Made by a program: the position numbers and the translations under genes. A stretch of DNA of 64,000 nucleotides, taken from positions 868,001 through 932,000 of the forward strand of contig NC_058371.1 of assembly GCF_018350175.1 (NCBI RefSeq), given 5' to 3'. The notes below the pieces were generated by a model. That model worked only from the letters and a program-made list of their open reading frames with translations. It was not told the DNA's origin and did no database searches. Position 1 is the first letter of the stretch. Every line of letters begins with the position of its first letter. Source of the stretch: Felis catus. Taxonomy: Eukaryota. This document shows, one piece after another, positions 37,802 through 51,370 of the stretch.

Positions 37802-39174
37802 TGCTCTCACTCTTCAAAGAGAAGCTTCCCGAGTTCTTCATGGACTCTTTCATGTTTCAGGGAGTTTTGAGGGAGAACTATTTTCAGTCAGTTTTTATTT
37901 GGTTTAATGCTTAACTGATTTTGTGCATTTATTAAATAACTTTTACTTTAGCATTGAATAGTCAACCTTTCCTTACGTACTTGGAGATGATATGCATAGT
38001 TAATTACTGCACTATGGGTTTAACAAAGAAAAGTTTCTGAACATTTAAAATGCCAATTTAAAAAGTGTCTAACTGTTTATGAACATTTAAGTTCATTCTC
38101 CGTTTTCCTAACTGAACTTATTAATGAACACAGACAAAAATACCACGGTGATTATAAAACCTGTTAACCCTTATATTTTAAGTTACTGTAAAACGTCATG
38201 CTTTCAATTAAACATTTTAAGAAAATCCTTCTTCTTCTATATATTCTAGGTTCACTACTTACTATAATTTTGGAACTTATGCCCCTACAACCTTTACAAT
38301 GTTCACGCTCTTTCCTGGCCCCGGAGGAAGGCATCTTGTCTCCCGTGAGCCACCATGGCAGATATTGGGATATTGGATTTGGGTGTGTGGGGACCACTTC
38401 CGTTGATGAGAACCGTTCAGGCACAACCATTGATGTCTAACCCAGTGAGTCCCTTCTACAAAATCAAGAGATTATCTTTTGTGTCAGTTGACGTGAATGC
38501 CTCTATTTTTCATGGTAGATTTTTGGAGATTTGGTTTTACTTCCAGGAAGAGAGTTGTTTGTTTGTTTGTTTTTTAAAGGTTTGGAATTTTGTATCTCTT
38601 ATGACCTACTGACCTGGTTAGTTATTATTGCTAAAACTGTATGTTCGTTTAAAAACTTTGATTCTGAGTGGGACGACTGGAGGTTTCGTTAGGAGATGGG
38701 CTGGGTCTGTGCGCTTAGCTCTTCCCTTAGGAGATTTGACTAATTTATCGTTTTGGAATAAACCTCCTTTTGTGACAGCTCGTCCCCGTTAAATCATCAG
38801 AGCCTTTCTGGTGAATTATATAATCCCTGCTGGCTGATCCTTTCTGTTCTTTTGTGGCCCCTGCTTTGGCAGGGTCGGCTTGCCTTACACTGTTACTGGT
38901 TTTCTGCTGTCAAAGATAGAATCAAGACTAGTAGAAATTAGACAGTAGGAACAGACTAATGCTTACCAGAAGAAAACACGGTATTGTCACACACCTAGTT
39001 GTTTCTTTGTGTTAATCAACAGGTGGGTATTTTGATACACTCATACATTCACAGTGGTCTTTCAACTGTATTCTTAAAACACTATTCATTCTTCCTGCCT
39101 GGATTTCATCATCAAATCAGGCTTTTATATAGACTTCCCTTTTTCTACTTACATCATCATTATTATTAATTTTT

Positions 39175-39375
39175 AAAGGATATTTATTTATTTTTGAGAG
39201 AGACAGTGTGAGTTGGGGAATGGCAGAAAGAGAGAAGGAGACACAGAATCGGAAGCAGGCTCCAGGCTCTGAGCTGTCAGCACAGGGCCCGACGTGGGGC
39301 TCAAGTCCATGAGCCAGGAGATCATGACCTAGGCCAAAGTGGGACGTTCAACCAACTAAGCCATCCAGGCACCCC
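39175..39375 (-). mobile_element. Felid Can-SINE
   Basis: TSD tattaattttt. Confidence 0.9.
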
Positions 39376-40296
39376 TATTAATTTTTGATCTCCTGATGGC
39401 TCACTGAAACCCCCCCTCCCTACCTCATGTTGGCTCTTTGTGATATTAGCACAGTGCCCAACACCTTTGAGGTTACTCTTGCATTCTGGTAACAACAGTA
39501 TGTTTCCCATGTGTTCTGATGTTTTCTTGTCTCAGGAAGTGGGCACACTGTCAGTAGACAATCCAACCTGAGCACCACAGGGTACAGGTGGCTGCCGGAT
39601 GCTCCCAGTTAAGAGTGAGTCGACAAGGGAGATTGTAAGCTTGGTCATGTCTTCACTGACCTGCCCTTTTCTGCACCTGACTTGTGTCTGCTGTGTGGTT
39701 TCGTCCGCTGCAAGCCCTCCATCTGTGTTTACCAGAACAGTGCCAGTGGTTTCTGACAGGAGCCCAAGAAAAGTCCCAGGGAACTGGTGCGATGTGCAGC
39801 AGGAACGTGGGGCAGTCACTCTTGTCTGTCACTCTTTAAAGTGGCTGCTATCCTCTGTCAGTGGGATATTGTCTCGGTCAAACTGTCTTACTTCTCCAGA
39901 TGGGGTTGATTTCCTGAAAGGAGGTGATGAAGCATTTGGGTCAGCAGTTGTTTTAAACTTTTAACCTGTTGCTTGTAGAAGTAAAATGTTGCTGTTGCCA
40001 TCCTGAAAGACTCATTCTACCATTAATTAATTTAATTTAATTTAATTTTTTAAGTTACATTGTTTTTACTGTTTCAGGGAAAGCTTAAGATAAATATGTA
40101 AGAATATTTTAGAATAGGGCAGCTAATATTTGAACATTTTGATATTTGCATATATACATATATGAGTGGGTGTGTGCACATATAGAAATATGTTTGTTGT
40201 TTTATAACCCAGGTAGATGCTGGCATTTTTATTATATGTAAGCAATGAGATTAGACTCCCAGCGGAAACCAACATGTGCATTATTGGGCTTTATCT

Positions 40297-40528
40297 TTTT
40301 TTTTTTAAAGGTTACTTTAATGTTTATTTTTGAGAGAGTGAGGGAGAGAGAGAGAGAGAGAGAGAAAGCCAGGGAGGAGCAGAGAGAGAGGGAGACACAG
40401 AATCTGAAGCAGCTTCAGGCTCTGAGCTGTCAGCACAGAGCCTGATGCGGGGCTCGAACCCACAAACCGCGAGATCACGACCTGAGCCAGAGTTGGACGC
40501 TCAACCGACTGAGCCACCCAGGCGCCCC
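40297..40528 (-). mobile_element. Felid Can-SINE
   Basis: TSD ggctttatct at 40287-40296 and 40530-40539. Confidence 0.92.
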
Positions 40529-41469
40529 AGGCTTTATCTAATTTGAAAATGATCTTACAGCAGCATGAAATTTTAAATACTGTGGCACTGACCACTATTA
40601 CCGTAATACTGACATATTCCCGCAGTGCTGTAGTGCTGTAGGGTGGTGTGGCTTAGCGATGAACAAAACCTGTCTTGGTGATGCTAAAGCGATCGTTAAA
40701 CATCATTTTTGTTCTCTTTAAGGAGTTCAGAGATAAGTGAACAAAACTTGGTAACAGTTTTTTTTCTCATGCAGTGTCATCTTTTGCTATCTTTTCATCC
40801 TTGAAATAACCAAGGTTTATACCATTAGCACATTTCTTTGTGAAGAGAGAATTTACAGAGTCATGTTATTAAATTTTGGGAGATAAGAGCAAATGATAGG
40901 AGATACACTTTCCAGACTCCAGAAGCATTTCTTTATCAAAACAACATTTTTAAAAATATTGACTTCTTTGTATCTCTCTGCAGCAGATGTTTGCATTTGA
41001 GGGAAGCCTAATGAAAAAGCTTTTAAAGTCCCCCTATTGTGTTTGAGCCCAAAGGGCTTTTTTTTTTTTTTTTTTCTTCACAAAAAGGTTTATAAGTTTA
41101 TGCCCCACTTGGTTCTCAGGACACATTTCTGGAACTTACTCTTATTATTAATTTTTTTTCCAACTTTCTCCTTGCCTTAATAATAATAAAAAAAAAACCA
41201 ATAGGGTGGAAATTGTCACAGGACAGTGGCTTTCCGCTGTAGGCAAGTGTAAATGCATATATTAAAACTAATCTTGGTGACCCAGCCAAGGTTTTAATTT
41301 CAAAGCTGGAGGGAGTCAATCACTGACTCCTGTGCCCTTTCTTCCACTCCCTGAAGTGATTAGTTGGGCTGGATGCATTTATTTACTGTATTTTGCAGCA
41401 GCCCAGGATATCTGGTGCCGGCTCAGTGACGAGAGAGTCTTCCTGCTTTGGTTAGGTTTCTGATTACTC

Positions 41470-41666
41470 TTTTTTTTGAGTTTATTTATTTATTTTTGAG
41501 AGCGAGCGAGCCCAAGCAGGGAGGAGCAGAGAGAGAAGGAGAGAGAGAGAATCCCAAGCAGGCTCTGTGCTGACAGCATGATGTGGGGCTTGAACCCACA
41601 AACCGAGAGGTCATGACCTGAGCCCAAACTAAGAGTCGGATGCTTAACTGATGGAGTCACGCCCCC
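41470..41666 (-). mobile_element. Can-SINE, older subtype
   Basis: gagaatcccaagcaggctctg...tcatgacctgagcc...aagagtcggatgcttaac. Confidence 0.85.
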
Positions 41667-42601
41667 ACGCCTCCTTTAAGTTCATGTATTTGTAGTTCAT
41701 GATCACCCTTGGGAAGTGGAGTTTGCAGCCCTCCCGTGGTAAACCTCATCTTTCTGCACACGCCCTGCATCTTTGTATGTTCGCTTCCTCCAGGGCCTTC
41801 AGCAGATTTGGAAATCCTTTGAAAAGTTCTTTTCAGAGCACATATCGTAAGAGGTTTGTTTGTAACGTACTGGCTGCCGTGTTATTTTTGTTTACAGCGA
41901 CATTCAGAGGAGCTGCTGGTTTCGCTAAATGTCCGTCAGTAAAAACCATCAAGACGCTTGGTAGGATAGGCGGTAGTTTTCCAAAGGGATGTCCGTCCCT
42001 AATGTTGACGTAAATCTCAAAGGCCTTGGCTGCGTAGAGACTTCTAAGAAGTGCTGTTTCGTTGGGTGAGCCACTAGTGATTGAGCGTGGTGGCCGATAC
42101 TTTGGTAGCTCTAACATAGAAACCCTTTCTAGGAATCCGCGTCTGGAGCCTCCCCTTTTGTGGGTTTTGTGAGGCGGGCGTGTTGCCGGAAACTTGCCCT
42201 GACGTCCTGTGTGTGTGTTGCATCTGTCTGTCATCCACATAATTCGGCTCTTTTTCTAAAACACAGAGTGAGGCGTGAGGGGTCGTTGAAGACCTTGCCA
42301 CGTGTCACAGACGCCCTCTGAGGAGCACCCCGCAGTGCCCCCCACGGACACCACCTGTTTTGATCCCTGCGTTTGCAGATATGGAATCTGAGATTGCATA
42401 GCTGTCCGCCCGGGTCCGAGGCTGGTGCCCCTTTCTTCTTGCTGCCCCCACCTTTCCGTGCAGCTCCCGGGACCCTGGCGGATACCTACGATTTTGTGGT
42501 AATGTTCGTGAAAAACCTGAAGGAAGATGGGACACAAAGCTGCATGTTCACATCCTGTGAAACGTTTCTGGGAGCATGAAGACGTCATACTGTAATTGGA
42601 G

Positions 42602-43058
42602 CAGAGGTTCTTAACGGGGTGTGTGGACCCTCACGGGCTGGCAGGTAAGGGCTCGCATGGCCCCGTAGGCTCGAATAGGAAGCCTGTTTCAGTTGCTTCT
42701 GATGGGCATTTACGTTTCCTGTAAGTATCAGTGTAGGCAGCACACCCCAGCGTAGGTGACAGCACTGTGGCCTCTCACCAGTAGGGACAGGAGGGAGCTG
42801 CTCATATCAGGTCGGAGTTGTTGCCTTAGCGTGAGTGAGCGAGCTCATCCGTGCTTTGAAGTTAGTGTCAGTGGATCACACACGTGATGTGGTAACAAGC
42901 CTCCTGCGTTACTACCTCATGACTGAACGTATTTGATGGTTTCAGTATAACCGTTCTGTGTGTGTTGTGTCACATGCATTTACAAACACCGTTCTGAAGG
43001 TGTGTGGGTTCGTGCGACCAGTCAGCCCAGCACTCTGTGGCATGAACTCATACACCTG
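42602..43058. mobile_element. hAT-Charlie relic (Charlie4a-like)
   Basis: cagaggttcttaac...ggaccc terminus; internal tgcatttacaaacaccgttctgaagg resembles the recalled consensus. Confidence 0.45.
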
Positions 43059-43144
43059 CTGAAATACTCAGACGTGCTCCCAGAAGGTTCACGGAGGTTT
43101 ACTTTTATTTATTTATTTGTTTGTTTGTTTATTTATTTATTTAT

Positions 43145-43355
43145 TAAAAAAATTTTTTTTTAACGTTTATTTTTGAGACAGAGAGAGACAGAGCATGAAT
43201 GGAGGGAGGGTCAGAGAGGGAGACACAGAATCGGAAGCAGGCTCCAGGCTCTGAGCTGTCAGCACAGAGCCCGACATGGGGCTCGAACTCCAGACCGCGA
43301 GATCACGACCTGAGCCGAAGTCGGACGCTTAACCGACTGAGCCACCCAGGCGCCC
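43145..43355 (-). mobile_element. Felid Can-SINE inserted in the L1 A-rich tail
   Basis: Reverse SINE flanked by tatttatttatt repeats. Confidence 0.92.
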
Positions 43356-43754
43356 TATTTATTTATTTTTTAAATATAATTTATTGACAAATTGGTTTCC
43401 ATACAACACCCAGTGCTCGTCCCCACAGGCGCCCTCCTCAATGCCCATCACCCACTTTCCCCACTCTCCCCCCCCATCAACCCTGAGTGTGTTCTCTGGA
43501 TTTAAGAGTCTCTGATGGTTTGCCTCCTTCCCTCTCTGTTTGTAACTATTTTCCCCCTTCCCCTCCCCCATGGTCTTCTGTTAAGTTTCTTAGGATCCAT
43601 ATAAGAGTGAAAACATATGGTACCTGTCTTTCTCTGACTTATTTCCCTAAGCATAATACCCTCCAGTTCCATCCACTTTGCTGCAAATGGCAGGATTTCA
43701 TTCTTTCTCACTGCCAAGTAGTATTCCATTGTATATATAAACCACATCTTCTTT

Positions 43755-43966
43755 TTTTTTTTTCAGCGTTTATTTATTTTTGGGACAGAGAGAGACAGAG
43801 CATGACTGGGGAAGGGGCAGAGAGAGAGGGAGACACAGAATCGGAAACAGGCTCCAGGCTCTGAGCCATCAGCCCAGAGCCCGACGCGGGGCTCGAACTC
43901 ACGGACCGCGAGATCGTGACCTGGCTGAAGTCGGACGCTTAACCGACTGCGCCACCCAGGTGCCCC
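43755..43966 (-). mobile_element. Young felid SINE (SINEC_Fc-type) nested in L1 ORF2
   Basis: TSD aaaccaca(t/c)cttcttt at 43739-43754 and 43967-43982. Confidence 0.95.
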
Positions 43967-45749
43967 AAACCACACCTTCTTTATCCATTCGTCGGTTGAT
44001 AGACATTTAGGCTCTTTCCATAGCTTGGCTATTGTTGAGAGTGCTGCTATAAACATTGGGGTACAAGTGCCCCTATTCATCAGCACTCCTGGATCCCTTG
44101 GGGAAATTCCTAGCAGTGCTATTGCTGGGTCATAGGGTAGATCTATTTTTAATTTTTTGAGGAACCTCCATACTGTTTCCCGAAGAGGCTGCACCAGTTT
44201 GCATTCCCACCAGCAGTGCAAGAGGGTTCCTGTTTTTACACATCCTCGCCAGCATCTGTAGTCTCTTGATTTGTTCACTGTAGCAGAGGTTTATTTACCG
44301 TCGGTGGCAGTGGACAGGAGGATGTGTGGATCTCCCCGTTCACTGAACAAAGCTTGTGGAGCACACGCTGTTTGTCACACAGCACCAGATGCTGGGCTCT
44401 GCGGGGCCACGGTTTGCGAGCGTCCAGCGCAGGCTGGGTGTCTGCTGGTGGTGGGTGGGCTGCTGAGCCTGTGTGCATGCCTGGAGGGGCTTTTCCTGCC
44501 GCCCCTCTGTTGCTAGCAAGGACACTGAGTCTTAGGAGGCTCCCCTGACTTTCTCCAGGCCACTCTGTCTGTGTGGGGAGCCGCGATTTAGGGCAGGTGG
44601 GCCTGGCTTCAAGCCTGAGCCCCTCACAACCACGCCGACTGCTGATGACGCCTGCACACGTACAACATACCCCCTTCAGACCACGGTGATTTGCATGGGG
44701 TGGAGGTGGGACCTCTTAGCAGCGGGTGCAGCGAGTCTATGCACCTAAAGCCAATCTCGGCAGTTTACGGTTTTGGGGTTTGACTCGACTGATGGGGTGA
44801 TAAAGCCGCCTTTCTCCCCCAGCCGGCTCTGTCCCACTGACCATACTCCTTTCTGTTCTGTGCACCTGGGTCTCCGAGTTTGAACAGAAGGCACTGTGGA
44901 CAGTCCTGGGCTTTGTCACTTGCTTCCTTTGCCTCTGTCGTGCGTGTAATGAAGTCACCATGACCTCCCGTCAGAAACCTCGGATCGGGTTTTCTCACTC
45001 AGTCCTTAGCCCTCTTGCAAGAAGATAAGACTAATGGCAAATCCAATCAAACTGTCATGATACTTTCCCCTTTATCTGTTTATTGTCCGTAAATTGTAAT
45101 GGATTATTAGCTTCATTCTACTTAAGATTCTGTGGGTCATTTTCATCTTTCTCCCGCCAGCTTAATTGATTGTCTGCCTACAATGAATAAGCAAATCAAA
45201 ATCCGTCGGCTTCTTGGGCTTTGATACAAATTGCCAACAGAATTATGTTCCCAGCGAGCAGGGTTTGTGCTGATCATATTACCTGCTGTCACGTCAGCCT
45301 CTCTGACACTGCAGCAGTTTTGTAAAGGGTAAAGTACCCTCCAGAGCCCTGTGGCTTCGTGGGCTTGCTGGTGAGCTTTTCCTTGGAAACCCGAGGGCCG
45401 CGAGTTTACCATGAGTGAAACTGCCTCCTCACATGCACCTGCTGCTTTTTACCGAAGGCCTCCTTGCCCTGTGTGCTCTTTTCATCCACGAGTCTGCTGG
45501 TTGATTCAAGTATCTCCACGGCAAACATTGGTGAGCCTTGTCATGTGTCTGCTGTGTACAGACTTAGTGCTGGGCAGCAGGTCGCCAGATGTAGATAGCA
45601 TGTGGTTTAAGAATCCGGAGAGATGTCGTGGTGATGACACATTCACTGTTATGGGTAAGTCCTTGCTACAGAGAGGAAATTCAGTGCTCAGAGCTTTCGT
45701 GACAGCTTAGTGGGGGGCTGGAGTGGAACGCTTCAGCTGTGGGGGGGTT

Positions 45750-45960
45750 CCCCAAGAGCCCCCGGGTTCAGTGATTCAGTGGGAGCACTCGGCATATGGT
45801 TGAACTCAACAGCTAAGATTGATTTCAGCAAAAGGCTGTACCGCCAGGACCTAAAACGCCTAGCGTGCTGTCTTGTGACACGGGGCTTCATCCTCTGTCC
45901 CTGAGACCAGCACTTGTGTGTGATGGCAGTGACAAGCCTGTTGTGGCCTCAGGGCTTTGC
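45750..45960. mobile_element. LTR fragment (MER21-like)
   Basis: gattc...actcggcatatggttgaactc...gctaagattgatttcagcaaaagg. Confidence 0.45.
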
Positions 45961-45994
45961 ACTTTCTTATCACTCTGCCCCGGTGCCTTTCTCC

Positions 45995-46410
45995 ATGTGC
46001 TCTGGGTTGCTGGGGCTGCTGTGATGAAACACCTCGCAGCCAGTGGTGTAAACAACAGAAATGTAGTGTCTCACAGTCCTGGAGGCTGGAAATACAAGAT
46101 CAAGGAGTCATCAGCGGTGGTTCCTCCAAGGACTGTGAGAGAGGATCTCTCCTTTGCTTGTAGACAGCCATCTTCACTGTCTCCTCACCTCTTATTCCCT
46201 CTGCATGTCTGTCTCTGTTCAAATGTCCATTCCCTTTTGTAAGACTCCAGTCATACTGGATTAGGGTTCATGCTTATCTCAACTTGACTATCTCTGTAAA
46301 GACCCTGTGTCCAAATAACATCACATTCTGAATAATATCACATCGATTCTGAAGTATCAGAGGTTAGGACTTTAGTATACTTTGGTATGGGGAGGGCACA
46401 TTACCCATAG
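45995..46410 (-). mobile_element. MaLR LTR (MLT1B-like)
   Basis: aaacaacagaaat...tctcacagtcctggaggctgga...ccagtcatactggattaggg...ctctgtaaagaccct...ggttaggactt. Confidence 0.8.
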
Positions 46411-46877
46411 AGCCATGTTATGAGCATTCTCTCCATAATGCCTCTGTTTTCCACTAACTTGAGTACTCTGCTAGCAAAGTGTGTATGTTTGGGGCAGAAC
46501 TATATACCTAACACTTGACGTGGGCTGAAATCTAGTATGAACTCCAGAAATGGTGGTTGAATGAATAAATGGGTGAAAAAGGAGTGACCAGACAGGTGTA
46601 AGGAGAACCAGGAAGTTGGCGTATTGAGGAAGCCCAGAGACAAGTTGAAGAAGACAGAGATGCATACTAATGCCTCCTGTGATAGACTTAGCAAGAGGAG
46701 GATAATGAAGAGTGTCTGTGAAATTGGTACTGTAAAGGTCCTAGATAAGTTTCAGGTGCCTGAAAGGAAAGTCAGGTTTGTTTTGATTGGGGATAGAAGT
46801 GGAATGGCAGAAGGAAGGACGTTAGTTACTAATTTTTGAGGCATATGTAACAAATTGAAGATTTATCTCAAGTATGG

Positions 46878-49397
46878 GAGACTGGTTCAGCATTTGAAAA
46901 TCAATTAATGGAATCAATCACATTAGCACACCAAAGAAGAAAAGTCTTATCTTATGAGTAGTTGTGAAAAAAGCATTTGACAAAATCTAACATCTGATAA
47001 GTAAAAACTCTGAGCACACTGGGAATACAGGGTAGCTTCCTCACTAAAGAAAATCTACAAAAACCCCACAACTGATGTCATATGTAATAGTGATAAAGGA
47101 GAGTCTTTTCCTCTAAGATCAAGAACAAGGGAAGGATGCCCCCTCGCTGCACTCCTTTTCAACTTCATACTAGAATTCTTGGATAATGCAATAAGACAAG
47201 AAAAGGGAAAAAGAGGTATATACATTGGGAAGGATAAAGTAAGATGGTTTTTGACCTGGCATGATTGTTGATGTAGAAAGTCACAAAGAATCAACAACAA
47301 CAAAAAAACCCCTCTCAGAACTAATAAGTGATTATATCAAGGTTGCAGGATACAAGGATAATAGAAAAAAAGTGAACTGCTTTCTTACATACCAGCAATG
47401 AACAATCAGAATTTGAAATTAAAAACAAAGTATTTAATTTAGCCCCAAATAATGGAATACATAGAAATATAACAAAATATATGTAAGATCTATATAGAAA
47501 TAAGTACAAAACCCTTATGAAATAAATAAAAGAAGAACTAAATAAACGAGAGACGTTCCATCATGTCCGTGGATAAGAAGACTCAACGTTGTTAAGATGG
47601 TATTTTTTCACACCTTAATCTGTAGATTCATTGCAACCTCAGTTAAAATACCAGCAAGTTACTTTGTGGATATCAACAACTGTTTCTGGCGTTTATACGG
47701 AAAGGCCCAAGACCTGGAATGGCCGGTGCAAGAATTAAGGAGAAGAACAAGGTTGCAGGGCTTACTCTGCCAGACTTCAAGACTTATTAAAAATACAGGT
47801 ACGGTAATCAGGAGGGTGTGGTATTGGTGTGAGGACAGACAAATAGATTAGTAGAACAGGATGGAGAGCCCACAGCAGACCTGGATAAATATATTCAGCT
47901 GCTTTTGACAAAGTAGCAAAAACACTACAACGGAGCAAAGATAGTGTTTTTAATGAGCCGTGCTGGACAGTTGGATGTCCACATGCAAAAACAATGAATT
48001 TCGACACATACTTACATCCTTTACAAAAATTATCTCAAAATGGACCACAGACCTAAGTGTAAAATGCAAAACTAAAAAAAACACCTGGGAGATAACAGAA
48101 ACTCCGGATGACTTTGGCTATGTTGATGATTTTTTAGACATAACACCCCAGGCATGATCCATGAAAGAAGTCATTGATAGACTGGACTTCATTAAAATAA
48201 ACTTCTGCTCTGTGAAAGGTAGTGTCAGGTGAACGAAAAGACAGTCCACAGACTGGGAGATCATATTTGCCAAAGACACAGCTGATAAGAATTAGTATTT
48301 GAAATATACAAAAAATTCTTAAAACTCAACAATAAATTTAAAAATGAGTATGAGCAAAAGATTTAACAGATACTAAGTTAAAGGAGAAATACATGGGCAA
48401 AAATTGAACAAACATCTGTATATGGATGGTAGAAACACATAGGAAAGCAAGTTCATCATATGTCTTTAGGGAAACACAAGTTAAAACAATGAGATGCTAC
48501 CACACTCCAGTGAAAATGGCCAACATCCAGAGCACTGACCACACGGCGTGCTGGTGGAGACGTGGAGCACTGGGGACTCTCACTCACTGCTGGTGGGAAT
48601 GCAAAATGGGGCGTCCACTTTGGAGACAGTTTATCAGTTTCTGAAAGAACTGAACATACTCTATCATCTGATTTGATAAACCTGCTCCTAAAGTATTTAC
48701 CCAAAAGAGTTGAAAACCTGTGTTCTCACAAAAATTTGCACCCAGATTTTTATAGCAGTTTTATTCATAATTGCCCAAGCTTGGAAGCAACTGAGATGTC
48801 CCTCAGTAGGTGGATAGATAAAGAAACTTTGGTCCACCCAGACAGTGGGTATTATTCAACACTAAAGATCAAGGAGCCATCAAGCCATGGACAGACATGG
48901 GGGAAACTCACATGCATATGACTGAGTGAAAGTAGTCAGTCTGAAAAGGCTATATCCCGTATTTGCCTCTGGAAAAGGCAAAAGTACACAGACAGTAGAG
49001 ATAAGTGGTTGCCAGTGTTGAGGGGAAGGAGGGATGAATAGGGGGAGCACAGGTTTTTTAGGGGAGTGAAACTACTCTGTGTGATTTTGATAGTATCATA
49101 CTCTCTATGATATTTTATGACACTGTATATCAAACTCTGTGTCATACTATGTCATCATTTATCCAAACCCATAAGATGTACAACACCAGGAGTGACCCTA
49201 ATGTAAACTAGGGACTTTAGTCAATAATAATGTATCTATATTGGCTCAGCAGACATAACCAATGTTCCACAGCAGTGTAAGATGTTAATGAAAGGGGAAC
49301 TAGAAGAGGTTGAGGAAGGGTTATATGGGAACTCTGTGTTTTCTCCTCAAATTTTTTTATAACCCTAAAACTACTCTAAAATTATCTCTTAAAAAAA
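46878..49397 (+). mobile_element. L1MC-like element: 3' part of ORF2 plus 3'UTR
   Basis: RT-region motifs (aaaagcatttgacaaaat, aagatcaagaacaagggaaggatgcc), LTHCWWECKM, and a 3' end with aaccctaaaactactctaaa. Confidence 0.85.
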
Positions 49398-50602
49398 TTG
49401 GTTACTAAAAAAGTAGAGCTGGTTAATGGCAGAACTTGAGGTTTGCGCAAAGGTGGCCTGACCTTAGGGCTCAGCACGCCTTCTGCAGCACGGGAGTCTG
49501 TTAGCCAGTGACCGCGTGTGTAAGCATTCTGCCCGTGCGTTACTTTCCTGGACGTGTGGCTCTTGTGATGAGGTCTTGGCATCAGGGCACGTGACCGCCC
49601 AAGTGACGAACTGCATTACTAACAAGACCGCAGTGATGTTGAGATTTCAGACTTACTCTGTTTGCTCGGCCGGCCTGTGGTCCAGCGGGTCCTGGGAGCT
49701 CAGCAGCAGGACTGAGGGCTCATTCCTAGCCTCCAGTGGCGGTAGATGCCGGGGCAGAAAGGGCGCGTGGCTCAGATGGAGTCAAGATGGTCGTGTCACA
49801 CATGTAAACGCAGGAAGGTGGGGGAGGTGGAGGGGGGTTGAAAGGCGCTTCTCAGAGACTTCCCAATGTTGAGGTTTTTGCCTTTTCATCTTTTTAGTGT
49901 TAATGGTGATAAAAATAGATTAAAGTTATCGTTAGCCAAGATGATTTTGTTTCTGTTTTAGATTATTGTTTCCCAATTAAAGAAAGAAACCAGGAAGGGT
50001 AAATATTCCTTGATTTTTTTTTTTCTTTGTTCTCTTTTTTGCCCTTTTGATGCAGATTCTATAATGACTTGCAGGAGTTTTCCACTGTTCCCCAAGTCGC
50101 CCTAACCACAGTTCGAGTGTGACCTTTGTTAGGTAAATTTTCAAAGCCTCTGCCTAGAAATTAGAATGGGGTTCTGGGACGACTTCCCAGGTTTTGCAGA
50201 AAAATCACTTTAATTACCAACAACTCATTGCTGCCGCGAACTCCACCGATACCGTCAAAGAGCAAATCTCCTTGACTGATTGGCTGTGACTTAAAAATAA
50301 AGAGAGTCCTGTACTTCACAGACTTCTCCAAGATTCTCCATCTGTTTATCACCTCGGCTTTTCCATCCTAATGGGATAAATACTGCTTGTCAAGGAGCAA
50401 ATAGCTTTGTGAGGCTTGTGGTGAACCTGGAAAAGATCTGTATTTCTCAGGGAGCCACTGAAGCCTTTTGCCAAGCACTCGCTCTGTGATTGAGTTAGGG
50501 TAAATGCGTGTTCTTCCTTCTTCACTCAATCCTTAACCCCTTACCCTGTGTCTAAGTCATTTTTCGCCCTCGTTTCTTCGCAAAAATGTAAACACGATGA
50601 AT

Positions 50603-51370
50603 GTTCATTCACTCGTTTGTTCATTCCACAAATATTTGTCTCACGTATGTCCCAGGCATGCTTCATGGAGACCCAGCAGGTTAAAATCCCTGTGTAAAGT
50701 CTAGCTGTTGAGACAAAAAATAAGTAAACAAACAATGAGATAATACTATACAAAACAGTACTTTCCAGGATGAAAAACTAACACAGGGGAAGGAGTAAAG
50801 AGAGTGATGGGGGGGGGGCGGTATTATTGTAGATAAAAAGACCTCTTTCACTGAGCAGAAGTGACATTGAGCAGAGTCCTGGGTGGGAACCTGCACGTCT
50901 CTCATGGTGGATGAATATTCCAGACTGAGGGAGCCACAGGTGCAAAGGCCCTGAGGCGGCATCGCGTATGATGTGGCCGGACAACAGTTGGAGTAGAGCG
51001 AGTAGGGGGAGGGGGAAGTGGCCCAGGGTTTTCCAGGCCACAGGAAAGACGCTGAGTCTTGTTTTCGTTTTGATGGGCAGCTGTTGGCTCGCTTTGGGCT
51101 CGCGGTCTGATTCACATTGGGCAGCATCACTCAGCTGCTTTCTGCAGAGCAGAGGCGGTAGTGGACTGAGCCCAGGGGCCGGACAGCGGCCTTGGCCAAT
51201 CCAGAGGCGAGGTGATGGTTTACAGCAGGTGTGGCTGGAGGAGGCATCTTGGTGGTAGAGCTCGCAGAATTGAATGATGGGTTAATGGGATGTGGGCGTG
51301 ACGGAAAGAGGGAAGTCGTGGGTGACCCTGGGGCTTGTGGCCTGACAGCTGGGTAAACCGTGCGACTTTG
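50603..51370 (-). mobile_element. L2 fragment
   Basis: ttcattcactc...ttcattccacaaatattt terminus; gtgacattgagcagag and gtgcaaaggccctgagg motifs. Confidence 0.7.

Larger units (their letters stand above)
43102..44285 (-). mobile_element. 5'-truncated felid L1 (L1_Fc-like): ORF2 C-terminus and 3'UTR, with two nested SINEs
   Basis: Translation [24 protein letters not shown]...YTMEYYLAVRKNEILPFAAKWMELEGIML; TSD gaggttta at 43094-43101 and 44286-44293. Confidence 0.92.

Noticed and set aside
41880-41970. Possible cryptic exon (ttatttttgtttacag ... ttg|gtagga)
   Set aside because: Splice-like motifs alone are common in introns, and there is no further support.
46878-49397. Functional reverse transcriptase
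   Set aside because: A fragmented ancient L1 ORF2 with no long open frame.
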